Origin: Perkinsus chesapeaki ATCC PRA-425
Lineage: Eukaryota; Protista; Perkinsozoa
DNA: 64,000 nucleotides
Direction: 5' to 3'
Assembly (NCBI GenBank): GCA_013115145.1
Contig: JAAPAO010000016.1
Span: 62,001 to 126,000, forward strand
The notes beneath the pieces are model-generated. The model had not been told where the DNA came from and did not search any database. It saw only the letters and a program-made list of their open reading frames with translations. The position numbers and the translations under genes were made by a program. Positions 61,621 to 64,000 of this stretch are shown here, one piece after another. Every line of letters begins with the position of its first letter. The stretch's first letter is position 1.

Positions 61621-62199
61621 AGAACTGAACGGCTGTTGCTCACAGCGATTCGTTCCCGTTTTCAGCCTCTACTGTCTCCTCTCTGCATGCGTGCTGACGC
61701 GCCGTACGATTTAACCTCGGAAGACTAAGGAGAGCGCCGTTTTATTATTATTAACTATTCTGCGTGTTCTACCACTTTTAGCAGGCTCGATCTGAAGCCG
61801 TTACCTTCTGCATTGTAATGTGCAATGCATGTTCCCCACGTTCCTGCGCCTGTGTGGCTCGCGTTCCTCCGGTGTGTGATTTTGACCCCCACTTTGGTTA
61901 CTGTATGATGAACCATTGATAAACAGTAATGAGCGAGATATCCTCTCGGATCTCATTGTTCGGAAAGTTCCTTAAACTTCGTCTCTGTTTTGTTACTAAT
62001 ATCACCAATGGCAGTTTCCACCACATGAAAACATTCTACACGTTCCGTGTCGAGTACGGATGTGCTTCGCATAAAAGCGTCAGGGCTCCTGTCGCCTTGA
62101 TTGCTTAGCTCAGCCAAGCTGGTATGCTGACGTTGAGAGTAAATTGGAAGGGAGAGAGACAGATCACGATAGCTAGCCAAGATAGCTTAGCTACCGTAG

Positions 62200-63100
62200 C
62201 TAGTCATAGCTCACCATAGACTAGTGGGTGTTGGTTCTGGGAAGGGACGGAGCACCATCGCACGAATGCTTCTGCCCTTGGCCACACGAGTGCTTCTGCC
62301 CCTGACCACACGAGTGCTTCTGCCCCTGACCAGCATGTCCCAACGCCCACTTTGGACACAATAAGATGCCGTCAGGTCGGTACATAATACTCTAATGAGA
62401 TCCATTCGTCATGACCGATATGACTCACTTTATCAAATCGTATGTTCGCCACGTGCTGATAATAGCTTTTAGCTGGGGAACTGAGAGGCAGTCGGTAGAC
62501 TTCCAATAGAATATTACTAACTCACGAGTTCCAGAAGCCAGGCACCGATTTGTTAACAATGAATAACGAACTGGGTGAACCGAAATAAAGCTCAAGTCGT
62601 TGGGTTGGTGCAACTCAGTCCCGAGGATTCTCAACTCGATCACGCCTGTACAATTGGTATTACGGCCTTCCAGATTTGATGACATAACCCCCACCACTCT
62701 TGACTAACAAATCTTGAGAGACAAACTGCTTGTCGTGCTGCCAAAGTTCAAGAGTACCCAGTCATTAAATTCCAGAGTACGAACTTTAGAATGTTTCGTG
62801 ATGCTGACACCACATGGCAGGCATGCTGGGAACCCTCTATTCGAACGGGTCTGTCCATTGCGTAACTACTTCGAGCCGTTTTATTGCTGTGAACGCAAAT
62901 CGGGGGAGGCTTGAGATAATAATCTGGCTTGAGATAAAAGGTTTTGACAATTGAATGAGCTGGAGCGGCCCGAGTTCCCAAAAGAAAAGTACTGCTATGG
63001 CCGCGGACACCCATGTGGTAGCGCGTGCTACAATTATGGGTACATATACGGATTGATACAAGTATCAATGAGAGATAGAACATATAGGCATAGTTCGCTT
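62200..63100 (-). CDS. Hypothetical membrane protein; structure uncertain
   Basis: Open minus-strand segments including a hydrophobic stretch TWVSAAIAVLFFWELG and 62425-62697. Not assembled with confidence. Confidence 0.3.
62262..62332. repeat. 24-bp tandem repeat, 3 copies
   Basis: Unit CACGAGTGCTTCTGCCCCTGACCA with variants. It reads GQGQKHSC x3 or VRGRSTRV x3 on the minus strand. Confidence 0.8.
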
Positions 63101-63191
63101 GATCTACAGGAAAGTATTCTCTCCGATAGACAAGCCAGACCACGGCACTGTCCGCATACAGCGCGTTAAAGACATTCACTGCAGATGGAGC

Positions 63192-64000
63192 TTATGGTCT
63201 GTGATCGTTCCCAGCGGGAAGTTGGCGAGCTTTGATGGGTACATAGTAATAGGCGAATGTATAGAAGGAAGCTTTCTCTGAGAAAAGAGGAGCAGCTGGG
63301 GAGTTACTTCCAGGCATTGTAGACCTCAACCCACTCAGAACTTCTACGAAATGTAGTTTCTTGTACAGCTCGATCGCGGCTGTGCTGTTGTAATGAACCA
63401 ATAAGCCCATGGCTAGGATGCCTTTGACCCCTTTGCCCTGAAATACAAGCGTTATGCGCTCATTCCACATATACATCTAACAATAGCCAGGAATTATTTT
63501 AGAGGTTTGGACTAAGACCTCTTTGTCTGCTCGGGAGAAGCCTTGTGCTACACCTTATCAACCTATTAGCTATCAGATAGCGAATTTCTCTTCTTAGAAA
63601 GCGTGCCCCCGAACTGGGGTCTCTGGCAGACCACGACTCCGAGAATCACTGCACCACCATGGTTGGTGTGTACATTCTGCAGACTCTGTAGTACAGATCA
63701 TCGAGCCGTGATGTGTTTGGAGTCCATATGCCTACTGTTTTAATGGCGTACTTCATCAGCACGGTCGCAATTCCCTGCCTACGGTAGGTTTCATTGACCC
63801 AAACCTGAGGATCAGCCCGTCGAAGGACATAACGCCGTATACGCAACTACAACTTAACGATAGCTTGATCGTGAAGCTCAAAGTACACTGGCTACAAGCC
63901 ATTCACTTCTGAAGGGAGTTTAGCATACGGGAATTGAAATACCGGTACTATAGGATGACTTATAGGCACAGCACAAGTACAATCGTTGACACTGATAACT
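63192..64000 (-). CDS. GNAT-family N-acetyltransferase, 5' part outside the window
   Basis: VWVNETYRRQGIATVLMKYAI (acetyl-CoA motif A, R-x-x-G-x-A) and LLVHYNSTAAIELYKKLHF (motif B). Confidence 0.8.

Noticed and set aside
62174-62198. Resemblance on the minus strand (ACGGTAGC...ATCTTGGCT) to the dinoflagellate/Perkinsus spliced leader
   Set aside because: The match needs an insertion and mismatches, lies in AGCT-rich low-complexity sequence, and has no adjacent SL-RNA donor/Sm site or clear downstream ATG.

Overview
Eukaryotic, gene-dense DNA with many short (about 40-60 nt) GT-AG and occasional GC-AG introns and short intergenic gaps. The gene content and architecture suggest an alveolate, most likely a Perkinsus-type perkinsozoan (inference, not verified). 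Exons were joined by hand, so gene boundaries are approximate. Recognisable spliced genes: CDK1/2-like kinase, EF-hand protein, DNA polymerase epsilon subunit B, Dim1/KsgA rRNA dimethyltransferase, papain-family protease, ethanolamine-phosphate cytidylyltransferase, a catalytically degenerate CAF1/POP2, Lon protease, universal stress protein, CDPK and a GNAT acetyltransferase. Intronless genes: a membrane-anchored TIR-like protein, a subtilisin, two tandem AIFM2/FSP1-like oxidoreductases and several orphans. Mobile-element debris includes a hAT-type MITE with an 8-bp TSD, a tyrosine-recombinase relic in a Lon intron, and decayed retroelement integrase and protease remnants. Two minisatellites span assembly gaps. 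The most striking pattern is one intact tRNA-Glu(CTC) and at least five degenerate tRNA 3' halves, all inside spliceosomal introns and all antisense to their host genes. Two 46-47 nt introns consist largely of such a tRNA fragment.
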